From positions 1 through 23,217 of the forward strand of contig JAUQYZ020000210.1 of NCBI GenBank assembly GCA_030587475.2: 23,217 bases of DNA, written 5' to 3'. The notes under the pieces are model-generated. The model searched no databases. It was not told the origin of the DNA and saw only the letters and a list, made by a program, of their open reading frames with translations. The position numbers and the translations under genes are program-made. Below are positions 1 to 7,440 of the stretch, one piece after another. Position 1 is the first letter of the stretch. Each line of letters starts with the position of its first letter. The DNA is from Candidatus Sigynarchaeum calidifontis. Lineage in GTDB: Archaea > Asgardarchaeota > Lokiarchaeia > Sigyniarchaeales > Sigyniarchaeaceae.

Positions 1-425
1 ATGAACACCTTCGTCTTCATGCCGAAGTACGCGCCCGTGATGGCCGTCGCGAACCCGTGCTGGCCGGCGCCGGTCTCGGCGATCAAGTTTTTCTTTCCCA
101 TCTTCTTGGCCAACAAGGCCTGGCCGAGCGTGTTGTTGAGCTTGTGCGCCCCGCCATGCAACAAGTCTTCTCGCTTGAGATAGACCTTGCAGCCGAGCTG
201 CTTGCTCATGTTCCCGGCGAATGTGAGGGGGGTCGGCCGTCCCGCGTAGGTCTTCCGCAGGACGTCGAGCTCCGACAAGAACGTGGGATCGTCCTTGACG
301 CGTGCATAGGCTTCCTTCAACTCCAAGATGGCGGGGACGAGGGTTTCGGGGACATACATGCCCCCGTAGATTCCGTACCGCCCGTCACTCGTCGGGAAGT
401 TTCCATAATAGTCTATTTTTTTCAT
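1..425 (-). CDS. trpB: Tryptophan synthase beta subunit (TrpB1), N-terminal part; runs off the window edge
   Basis: Not in the ORF track. Manual minus-strand translation from ATG at 425: [29 protein letters not shown]...YAGRPTPL...[41 protein letters not shown]. It contains the PLP-lysine motif (GAHK) and ETGAGQHG. Confidence 0.97.
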   Translation of the reverse strand, partial: MKKIDYYGNFPTSDGRYGIYGGMYVPETLVPAILELKEAYARVKDDPTFLSELDVLRKTYAGRPTPLTFAGNMSKQLGCKVYLKREDLLHGGAHKLNNTLGQALLAKKMGKKNLIAETGAGQHGFATAITGAYFGMKTKVF

Positions 426-435
426 TATAGTTCAA

Positions 436-1101
436 CTAAGTTTTATCGTCGATGATCTTGGCTTTCTTGACTTCGAGACAAAATTTCTTTATAAGCGCTG
501 GATCCTTGACGCCAGGAACCGTTTCGAGGCCGGAACTTGCATCAACGCCCCTCGGCGCGTGTCGATCGAGGAAAGGCCCGACGTTCGACGGCGAAAGCCC
601 GCCGGAAACGAGCATGTCCTTCAATGACAAACCGAGCGTTTGCTTGGCAACATCGACAACCGCGGCCAGCGCGTGCTCGTCGATGCACGTGCCCTTTCCC
701 TGGCTTCCGTCTATCAATATCATGTCGTCGGGGCCGAACACGTGAATGCTCGACGCGAGGGAGCCCGGGGTCGAGCGTGGCGAGATCCCGTAAATGATTC
801 GCCCCCCGTGAACGCGCCGCAGTTTTTCCACGAGGGTAGCCGCCATGGGCTCGTGAAATTGCACGAGATCGGGCCTGGTAGCTTCTACAAGGTCGATGAA
901 TTCCCCGGTAAGCCCGCGCGTCACGAGCACCGAGAAAGCCTTGCCGCGCAAGAACCTGACCAAGCGGCTCGCCGTCGGTCCGTCGACGTGCCGGGGCGAG
1001 TCTGGCGCGCCAACCACGATGCCCACGTAGGTGGCACCGTTTTCAACGGCCGCGGCGGCGATCGCCTCGTCTTTTACCCCGCAGATCTTGATCTCGACCA
1101 T
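436..1101 (-). CDS. trpF: Phosphoribosylanthranilate isomerase
   Basis: Motifs IKICG, VQFH, SGGLSPSNV and GVDASSGLE..PGVKD; located between trpC and trpB. Confidence 0.95.
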   Translation of the reverse strand: MVEIKICGVKDEAIAAAAVENGATYVGIVVGAPDSPRHVDGPTASRLVRFLRGKAFSVLVTRGLTGEFIDLVEATRPDLVQFHEPMAATLVEKLRRVHGGRIIYGISPRSTPGSLASSIHVFGPDDMILIDGSQGKGTCIDEHALAAVVDVAKQTLGLSLKDMLVSGGLSPSNVGPFLDRHAPRGVDASSGLETVPGVKDPALIKKFCLEVKKAKIIDDKT

Positions 1102-1102
1102 T

Positions 1103-1927
1103 TTACCCGCCTCTCTTGCATGCGTCGATGAATTCCTTTATGGTAATACCGAGCTTGACGTGCGGGGTGTTCATGAAAGCGGTTCCTATCAAGAAACCGT
1201 CCACGCCCACTTTAACGAGGCGCGCGGCATCGACGGGCGACTCGATACCGCTCTCGCTGATGATCACGGGCTCGTCACCCAGCAAGCGCCGCACGGCTGG
1301 AACCAGCTTGGCCGTCGTCGACGTGTCCACGCGCAAGGTGGCAAGGTTCCGGTTATTGATGCCAATGATGTACTTGCTCGGGTCTTGTCGCACGACCGGC
1401 ACGATGGCATCGAGATCTTCTCGATCGTGGATCTCGAGCAGCGGCTCAAGGCCGAGATCAAAGCACTTTCCGACGAGGGCAAGCGAAGGCCTCACTTTCG
1501 CGATGATCAGCACGGCATTCGTGCCGAGGTTCGCGGCCAGCTCCAGCTGGCCTTCTGTCACGATGAAATCCTTGCACAAGATCGGCACGTTTGTTTCGAC
1601 CACCGCGCAAGCCAGGTCGTCGAAGCTACCATTGAACCAATGCGGTTCCGTGAGGATGGATATGCCATGGACGCCAGCCGCGTCGTAAGCTTTCAAGCGC
1701 GGCACGATCGAAGCCATGTCGCTCGCGAAGAAGCCGTGGCTCGGCGATGCCCGCTTCACCTCGGCAACGATGCCAGCTCCCCCGGCACGCGCTGCACGCA
1801 AGGTGCCGATGAGGCTCCGTCGTTTCGAGGAACTGGTGGGCTTAAAGGGCCCGGGCTTCCACTTGACGACCTGTTCCTTGAAGGTTACCGGGCGGCTCGC
1901 GACGACCGTGTCGAGGAAGGATGGCAT
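1103..1927 (-). CDS. trpC: Indole-3-glycerol phosphate synthase
   Basis: Motifs AEVKRASPS, ISILTEPHWFNGS, LCKDFI, IGINNRNL and ISESGI; the stop lies 1 nt from the trpF start. Confidence 0.96.
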   Translation of the reverse strand: MPSFLDTVVASRPVTFKEQVVKWKPGPFKPTSSSKRRSLIGTLRAARAGGAGIVAEVKRASPSHGFFASDMASIVPRLKAYDAAGVHGISILTEPHWFNGSFDDLACAVVETNVPILCKDFIVTEGQLELAANLGTNAVLIIAKVRPSLALVGKCFDLGLEPLLEIHDREDLDAIVPVVRQDPSKYIIGINNRNLATLRVDTSTTAKLVPAVRRLLGDEPVIISESGIESPVDAARLVKVGVDGFLIGTAFMNTPHVKLGITIKEFIDACKRGG

Positions 1928-1933
1928 GTTGTT

Positions 1934-3016
1934 TCACTTCAAGTTCATATTCTTTTCGAATTGTTGGAGGGAACCGCCGCTGGATTCGACGAGCTGGCGA
2001 AGCTTGCCCAGGGCCGCGCCGGATTCAATCGATGTCCTTGCAAGCTTGACTGCCTCCTTCATACCAGTGTTTTTTTCTCCCACCATTATGGCCAGGGCGC
2101 TGTTCATGAGAACCGCGTCGACCAGCGCCCTCGGGCCAGCACCATTCAATATGTCTATGAAGGCGCGGATCCCCGATTGTCTGTCCTTGCCGACCATCAA
2201 GTCCGAGAGCGAAGCCGCGGGGAGCCCGAAATCCGCGGCATCGAGAGTCCGCGCGGTTATCGAGCCATCGGCCAGCCGTTCATGCACGTGGTTCCTTCCC
2301 GCGGGAAGTAGCTCGTCGGCACCATGCTCGTTGTACACGAGAAAGAATCGCCTGACCCCGGCTTCGACCAGCACGCGTGCCATCAGCGGCGCGAGATCAT
2401 TGGCATAGACGCCAAGTACCTGCCCTGAAGCGCCAGCCGGGTTCGTGAGCGGCCCGAGCACGTTAAAAATGGTTCGCAGGCCGATCTCCTTGCGCGGTCC
2501 CGCCGCGTGCTTCATGGCCGGGTGGAAAACGGGGGCAAACATGAACCCGATCCCGGCGTCTCGTATTGATTTCTCCACCACTTGAGGCGGGGCCATGATG
2601 TTCACGCCAAAATGCTCCAGGATGTCAGCACTCCCGCATGTCGACGTGACGCTCCGGTTCCCGTGCTTGGCAATGGTCACGCCAGCCCCGGCAGCGACGA
2701 GGGCCGACAAGGTGCTGATGTTGATGGTCTTGAGCGTGTCGCCCCCGGTTCCGCACGTGTCGACGATGGGGGTGCCCGTGACGGGCCGTATCATGTTTCC
2801 CAAATCCTTCATGCAGCGCACGAGCGCGGCGATTTCGGACACCTCGGGTTCATGCACCTTGAGTGCCACGAGAAAAGCACCAACCTGCGCGGGCGTGGCA
2901 TTCCCAAGAAGTATATCCCGCATTGCCGCGTATGCTTCATCTGGATCGAGCGCCTTGCGCTCTATGATTTTCTTGTGGATTGCTTTCTTGATTTCGATAG
3001 CTTCTTGAACGATCAT
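1934..3016 (-). CDS. trpD: Anthranilate phosphoribosyltransferase
   Basis: Motifs VDTCGTGGD, NIST, AKHGNRS and RTIFNVLGPLTNPA. Start placed at MIVQEAI (3016) rather than 3106 because the extra 30 codons do not resemble TrpD. Confidence 0.95.
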   Translation of the reverse strand: MIVQEAIEIKKAIHKKIIERKALDPDEAYAAMRDILLGNATPAQVGAFLVALKVHEPEVSEIAALVRCMKDLGNMIRPVTGTPIVDTCGTGGDTLKTINISTLSALVAAGAGVTIAKHGNRSVTSTCGSADILEHFGVNIMAPPQVVEKSIRDAGIGFMFAPVFHPAMKHAAGPRKEIGLRTIFNVLGPLTNPAGASGQVLGVYANDLAPLMARVLVEAGVRRFFLVYNEHGADELLPAGRNHVHERLADGSITARTLDAADFGLPAASLSDLMVGKDRQSGIRAFIDILNGAGPRALVDAVLMNSALAIMVGEKNTGMKEAVKLARTSIESGAALGKLRQLVESSGGSLQQFEKNMNLK

Positions 3017-3294
3017 CGTGAATTCCTCTGATATTTTTGCATGATTCTTGTGGATCCCGCAAAAAGTTCTGCAATCAAACCGCGAGTGAATTTGAAGAAT
3101 GCCCATCGCGGCTTAATTAAATTCAAGAACGAGCATCGATTGTTGATGAGGTGCTATGTCTAAAACTCGGCGTGCAAGCCATCAACGAACGACGCAAGAA
3201 AGAGCGGCGCGGTACCTCGGATTGACATTGGATCGAGCCCGGCGCCTCGAGTTTACCCGCGCCAGGACCATGCAATGGTCCGAGGAAGTACCAT
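3017..3294 (-). promoter_or_regulatory. Putative trp operon leader/attenuator with alternative RNA stems and a U-rich tract
   Basis: Pairing segments (+ coordinates): 3265-3281 perfect 7-bp hairpin; 3259-3266 with 3238-3245; 3254-3263 with 3206-3214; 3279-3292 with 3211-3221. These are followed by CUCUUUCUU (3196-3204) on the mRNA. Confidence 0.6.
3253..3294 (-). CDS. Putative trp leader peptide MVLPRTIAWSWRG (13 aa; up to 20 aa, MHMFFFIMVLPRTIAWSWRG, if an upstream ATG at 3309 or 3315 is used)
   Basis: ATG GTA CTT CCT CGG ACC ATT GCA TGG TCC TGG CGC GGG TAA. Two Trp codons near the C-terminus, about 240 nt upstream of trpD on the same strand. Confidence 0.6.
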   Translation of the reverse strand: MVLPRTIAWSWRG

Positions 3295-3316
3295 GATGAA
3301 GAAAAACATGTGCATG

Positions 3317-3324
3317 AATAAAAA
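3317..3324 (-). promoter_or_regulatory. Putative archaeal TATA box for the trp leader transcript
   Basis: TTTTTATT on the minus strand, 23-30 nt upstream of the ATG at 3294, the spacing expected for a leaderless transcript. Confidence 0.45.
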
Positions 3325-3411
3325 GGTAGTGGGAAACAATTGGGAAATTTTATCTAATGGATAAACTTGGTTACCACTGGTTTTCTATTGCCACGAGGTG
3401 GATATCCAAGC

Positions 3412-4659
3412 ATGAACGTGGACACGAGCGCGATTCCGGCGGTCGCCGCGCGGGAGAGGATCGAGCCGGGGAAGCTCGAGCGGCTCGTGCGGGATGGCAA
3501 CGTCGTTCTCATGGGCCGGAACGATGCCACGCGGATCGCCATCGGAAAAGAGCTACGCACCAAGGTGAATGTCAACCTCGGTACTTCGCCCGTGTCATGC
3601 AACGAGGCAGAGGAGCTGGAAAAGGCTGCGATCGCGAAGCGGTATGGCGGCGACACGATCTCCGACTGTTCAACCGCGGGCGATATAGACACGCTCCGCA
3701 GGAAACTCGTTACCCGTGCCGGAATGCCCGTCACGACCATCCCGGTCTACCAGGCCGTCGTGTCGGCAGGCTCTTTCGAGGCCACGAGTGACGAGATCAT
3801 CCTTACAACCATCGAAAAACAAGTCAAGGACGGGGCGGCGTCGATCGTGATCCACGCGGGGTTCACCCTGGAAACGCTTCGGGTACTGAAGAAAAGCGGC
3901 CGGATCATGGGCATCGTGTCCAAGGGGGGCTCGATGACCGCCGCCATCAGCTTGAGCCAGGATCGGGAGAACCCGTTCGTCACGCTCTTCGACGACATCC
4001 TCGGGGTGCTCGAGGGAACCGGCGTCGTGCTCAACCTGGGCAACGCGATGCGGAGTGGCTGCGTGCACGACCTCAAGGACGAGCCCCAGCAGCAAGAGAT
4101 CCACGCCAACGCCCGCCTCGCGGCGCGCGCGAACGAGCGCGGCGTGCAAGTCATCATCGAGGGCCTTGGCGGGCACGTGAATGCCCGGGACCTGAAACAC
4201 TGGATAGAGGAGCACAACCGGATCACCGGGAACCGGCCATTGTTCGTCGCCGGGCCGCTTCCCACGGAGATCGGGGTGGGATACGACCATATCTCTGCCG
4301 CGATCGGCGGCGCGATGGCTGCCGGGTATGGTGCTGATTACTTGTGCGCGATCACGCCGGCCGAGCACCTGGGACTTCCCAACGTGGCGCACGTCCGCGA
4401 AGGCGTCGTCGCCGCGCGGATCGCGGCCCATGTCGGCGACTCGATGAAGTTCGGCATCGGCGCTTGCTTCGACGAGGACAAGCTCCTGTCGGAAAGCCGG
4501 TCGCGGAAGGATTGGCGCGCCCAGTTCGAGCACGCGATCGACCCCGATGCTGCCAGGGGCGTCCACCCGGACGAGGGGAAGGAGTGCAGCATGTGCGGGA
4601 AATTTTGCGCCATTGCCATCATGCGGAAGTACGGGTTCCATTCACCGTTCGTTGGCTAG
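3412..4659 (+). CDS. thiC: ThiC-family radical SAM enzyme, divergent paralogue (HMP-P synthase or BzaA/B/F-like)
   Basis: Motifs TKVNVNLGTS, PVYQA, GIVSKGGS, ENPF, GYDHI..AIGG, TPAEHLGLP and C-terminal CSMCGKFC. SD-like GAGGTG at 3395-3400 before ATG 3412. Confidence 0.85.
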   Translation: MNVDTSAIPAVAARERIEPGKLERLVRDGNVVLMGRNDATRIAIGKELRTKVNVNLGTSPVSCNEAEELEKAAIAKRYGGDTISDCSTAGDIDTLRRKLVTRAGMPVTTIPVYQAVVSAGSFEATSDEIILTTIEKQVKDGAASIVIHAGFTLETLRVLKKSGRIMGIVSKGGSMTAAISLSQDRENPFVTLFDDILGVLEGTGVVLNLGNAMRSGCVHDLKDEPQQQEIHANARLAARANERGVQVIIEGLGGHVNARDLKHWIEEHNRITGNRPLFVAGPLPTEIGVGYDHISAAIGGAMAAGYGADYLCAITPAEHLGLPNVAHVREGVVAARIAAHVGDSMKFGIGACFDEDKLLSESRSRKDWRAQFEHAIDPDAARGVHPDEGKECSMCGKFCAIAIMRKYGFHSPFVG

Positions 4660-4734
4660 GCACATCGATGATGTACTTTGGGAAAACAACTCGAACACCC
4701 TTGACTAAAGGGCACGGATGCTTCTTGCGAGGTA

Positions 4735-5739
4735 ATGGCTTCCATAGCACACCAAGAACCTGAGGTCGAACATGCCGCGCGGATCTCGAAGGCAGATTCC
4801 CCTCCTTCTCGCCTTCGCGCCATCATCGCTATCATGCTCGTGCTTTTTGCCACGATCGTGTGGGGATCGCAATACATCATCATCAAGCAAGGCGCGGCGG
4901 CAGTACCCCCGTTCTTCTTCCAGGGTATGCGACACGTCGTGGCTTTCGTGGGATTCTGCCCCTGGTGGGGGCGCTTGCGCAAGATGAACCGTACCACGTT
5001 CGTGGGGGCGCTCCTGGTCGCCGCCACGCTGTTCATCTTGATCGCGTTCGTGACGATAGGGCTCGGCCTCACGACGTCGAACAAAGGCGCGTTCATAGCC
5101 ACCATGTATGTCGTGTTCACGCCATTCGTCGGTTTCGCCATACTCAGATCCAAGATCAAGCCCATGCACATCGCCGGGATTGCCATCGCGGTGGCAGGGA
5201 TGGCCATCATGCTCTTCGGGAACACGGCAAGCGAGAGCGCGGAAGTTGCCTTCAACGTCGGGGACGTGCTCGTGCTCATCGGGGCGTTTTTCAATGCCAT
5301 CCAGATCGTGCTGCTCGAGAAGTACACGAACCAGGTCGACACGATGCAGTTCGTGCTCACGCAAATGTGGATGATCGCGGCGTTTAGTCTCGGCACGTCG
5401 TTCCTGATCCGGGAGCCGATGGACTGGCTGGCGATGCCCCCGGCGAGTATGGGGCAGATCTGGTTCGACTGGATCTATCTCGGCATTCTCGCGAGCACGG
5501 TCACGCTGTTCATACAGACATGGGCGCAAAAAACCATTGACGCCACCCGCGCGGCGCTCATGTACTCGCTTGAGCCCGTGTTTGCGATTTTCTTCGGCGT
5601 GACCGTCGGGGGCGAGCCGTTGTACTGGGCGTTCGTGGTCGGCGCCCTGCTCATCATGGCCGGCATCATCACGTCGTCGGTCAAGATTTCTTCGAGGAAG
5701 AAGAACGAGAAAGCGTGGAAGGGGAACGAGCCGGTTTAA
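4735..5739 (+). CDS. DMT/EamA family transporter
   Basis: About 10 hydrophobic helices in two repeats; motifs IVWGSQY, GDVLVLIGA, QTWAQK and SLEPVFA. Confidence 0.92.
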   Translation: MASIAHQEPEVEHAARISKADSPPSRLRAIIAIMLVLFATIVWGSQYIIIKQGAAAVPPFFFQGMRHVVAFVGFCPWWGRLRKMNRTTFVGALLVAATLFILIAFVTIGLGLTTSNKGAFIATMYVVFTPFVGFAILRSKIKPMHIAGIAIAVAGMAIMLFGNTASESAEVAFNVGDVLVLIGAFFNAIQIVLLEKYTNQVDTMQFVLTQMWMIAAFSLGTSFLIREPMDWLAMPPASMGQIWFDWIYLGILASTVTLFIQTWAQKTIDATRAALMYSLEPVFAIFFGVTVGGEPLYWAFVVGALLIMAGIITSSVKISSRKKNEKAWKGNEPV

Positions 5740-6404
5740 CGCGGATTGCACTCGATGACATGGCGGGTGCTTAAATAATCCAGCTTGGCCTTGGCTGGAC
5801 CGGTTAGCGCGAATATTTTGGTACCATCCGCGTCTACGGAGACGAGACCCACCACTCCACTTGATTTCAACCTTTTCACGTGTGCCGAGATTGCTTGTCG
5901 TGACATGCCAATGGTACGGGCTAAAGTGGCAATGCTGTGCCTCTTCTTGTCGTCCTTGTACAGTTCCGACAGGATCTGCTTGTCGAGGGGATGGTTCCAT
6001 GCAGCGACGATGGTGCGCGTGAAACCGTCGCGCAAGGTCGAGTTGTTGACGACATACCTCGCGTACCGCCCGTCACGGAACTGGCTGATGTTCTTGAATG
6101 CCATCAGCACCTGGACGTGGTATTGCACCACGCCCACTTCCTTGTCGGCTACCTGGCAGATCTCGCGGAAATGGATGCCCGGATGCTGTTCGATGATGGA
6201 AAATATCTGGCCACGCGTGCTATCGGGAGCGATGATTAGCTCGTTCTCGTCATTGGTGATGTGGATGTACGATGTCGAGAACGCGACTCCATGATTGGAC
6301 GATATGCCTACATCCGGGGCCCTGGTAGAGAAAAGCAATTGGCCGGCGGTAGTTATCACGATCGAGATCACGAACAAGGCGAAAACCAGCTTTTTGGACG
6401 CCAT
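5736..6404 (-). CDS. Membrane-anchored double winged-HTH transcriptional regulator (archaeal COG3398-like)
   Basis: N-terminal hydrophobic helix, then TRGQIFSIIEQHPGIHFREIC...GVVQYHV and a second HTH IATLARTIGMSRQAISAHVKRLKSSGVV. Start placed at MASKK (6404). Confidence 0.8.
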   Translation of the reverse strand: MASKKLVFALFVISIVITTAGQLLFSTRAPDVGISSNHGVAFSTSYIHITNDENELIIAPDSTRGQIFSIIEQHPGIHFREICQVADKEVGVVQYHVQVLMAFKNISQFRDGRYARYVVNNSTLRDGFTRTIVAAWNHPLDKQILSELYKDDKKRHSIATLARTIGMSRQAISAHVKRLKSSGVVGLVSVDADGTKIFALTGPAKAKLDYLSTRHVIECNPR

Positions 6405-6464
6405 CGATATAAGGAAGAACGTGACTCCATAAAAAAACAATTGGTACGAACCGAAGCACGCGTT

Positions 6465-6845
6465 TCACGAGCTGGGCTCGTGCAAGAGGATCCAGGTGAA
6501 CAGGACCCCGTAGACGACGTCGACAGCGCATAATCCCAGGATGATGGCGCCCATGCCCCCCGCGAAAAAGTACCCGACCAAGATGCCAGGGATGAAAAAC
6601 TTCTCGCACGCGCCGAGCAAGGCGATGCCGCGCCGCGCCGGCGGGTCCTTGTAGGCAATTAAAAAGGCAACGCCGATCAAGCCCACGAAACCCAGGAATG
6701 TATGAAACCACACCATCATGTTCGGGATGGTAAAGCCGAGGATGGTGAATGCGGAAGGCGCGACCACCGACACGAGGAAAAACAAGGCCGAGGCCACGAT
6801 GTTCCAGATCGCTCCCGTTAAAAAGATGATGCTATTCTTTTCCAT
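6465..6845 (-). CDS. Small 4-TM membrane protein of unknown function
   Basis: 126-aa ORF with four hydrophobic segments; TATA-like TTTTTTAT about 24 nt upstream (6869-6876). Confidence 0.8.
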   Translation of the reverse strand: MEKNSIIFLTGAIWNIVASALFFLVSVVAPSAFTILGFTIPNMMVWFHTFLGFVGLIGVAFLIAYKDPPARRGIALLGACEKFFIPGILVGYFFAGGMGAIILGLCAVDVVYGVLFTWILLHEPSS

Positions 6846-6902
6846 GTTTTACCGTTTGACGTGGATCCATAAAAAACCACGTTTCCACGGCACACGACTT
6901 CG

Positions 6903-6909
6903 AAAAAAA
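6903..6909 (-). terminator. Oligo-U archaeal-type terminator of the candidate ncRNA
   Basis: T7 run on the minus strand (CTCCTTTTTTTC) just after the second hairpin. Confidence 0.4.
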
Positions 6910-7095
6910 GGAGACCCCAAGGCATTAGGTTCCCACGGGATTTCCTTAGACCGACAGTCCCTCGAACGCCCGTGGGAACCGTGCACCAGTATCCAAACTG
7001 TTGCTTGTCAAACCGAATGCATCAATGATATCCGATACCTATTACATAGCATCAACTACCAATCGCATGTATAGATTCTTCCTCACTGGTGCACG
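6903..7095 (-). ncRNA. Candidate structured non-coding RNA of unknown class (~190 nt)
   Basis: Perfect 11-bp inverted repeat 6980-6990/7085-7095 and perfect 12-bp inverted repeat 6928-6939/6969-6980. Internal G-U-containing stems favour the minus strand. TATA upstream, U7 at the end, and no credible ORF. Confidence 0.5.
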
Positions 7096-7118
7096 TGGAA
7101 TACATAGGAAAATTCCCA

Positions 7119-7126
7119 TTTATAAA
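7119..7126 (-). promoter_or_regulatory. Consensus TATA box (TTTATAAA)
   Basis: Lies 24 nt upstream of the first base of the terminal stem (7095). The motif is palindromic, so orientation is inferred. Confidence 0.5.
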
Positions 7127-7440
7127 GTTAGCGGGTGCTCGTGTAAAAATTGCAGCTATGCCACGTTCTCTGATGTCGCTTGATGCCATCCGTGCAACAT
7201 CGAGTCATGGCTTGCAGAAACCAATGCTGGCGGACAATTGGTGATGCACAAGCTCATGATGCCCCTATCGGGCACGCGTGCCCAAGATCACGGCTGCCAG
7301 GTCGCGATCTCGGGGAACGCGCTCGATAATTCTCGTTCCGGCACGGGCATCCGCGCCCATCGGGAGCCGGTGCGTTCGAGAAACAATTCATAAATAGCTG
7401 GCGGGGGGTATCTTGCTTGACCACACGAGGACACTTTGCC

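Noticed and set aside
3120-3411. TPP riboswitch upstream of thiC
   Set aside because: No CUGAGA or ACCUG core motifs. The structure here is better explained by the minus-strand trp leader.
1031-6000. Long alternative ORFs (for example 1031-2311 +, 3670-4641 -, 4705-6000 -; also 11849-13174 -)
   Set aside because: Antisense or shadow frames of well-supported genes, as expected with high GC3; they contain no recognisable motifs.
6920-7100. Assignment to a cobalamin, SAM-I or lysine riboswitch, or to a SECIS element
   Set aside because: Only short fragments match (GGUUC..GGGAA, GAGGGACUG, GAGG). The remaining conserved cores are absent and no adjacent gene has an in-frame UGA.
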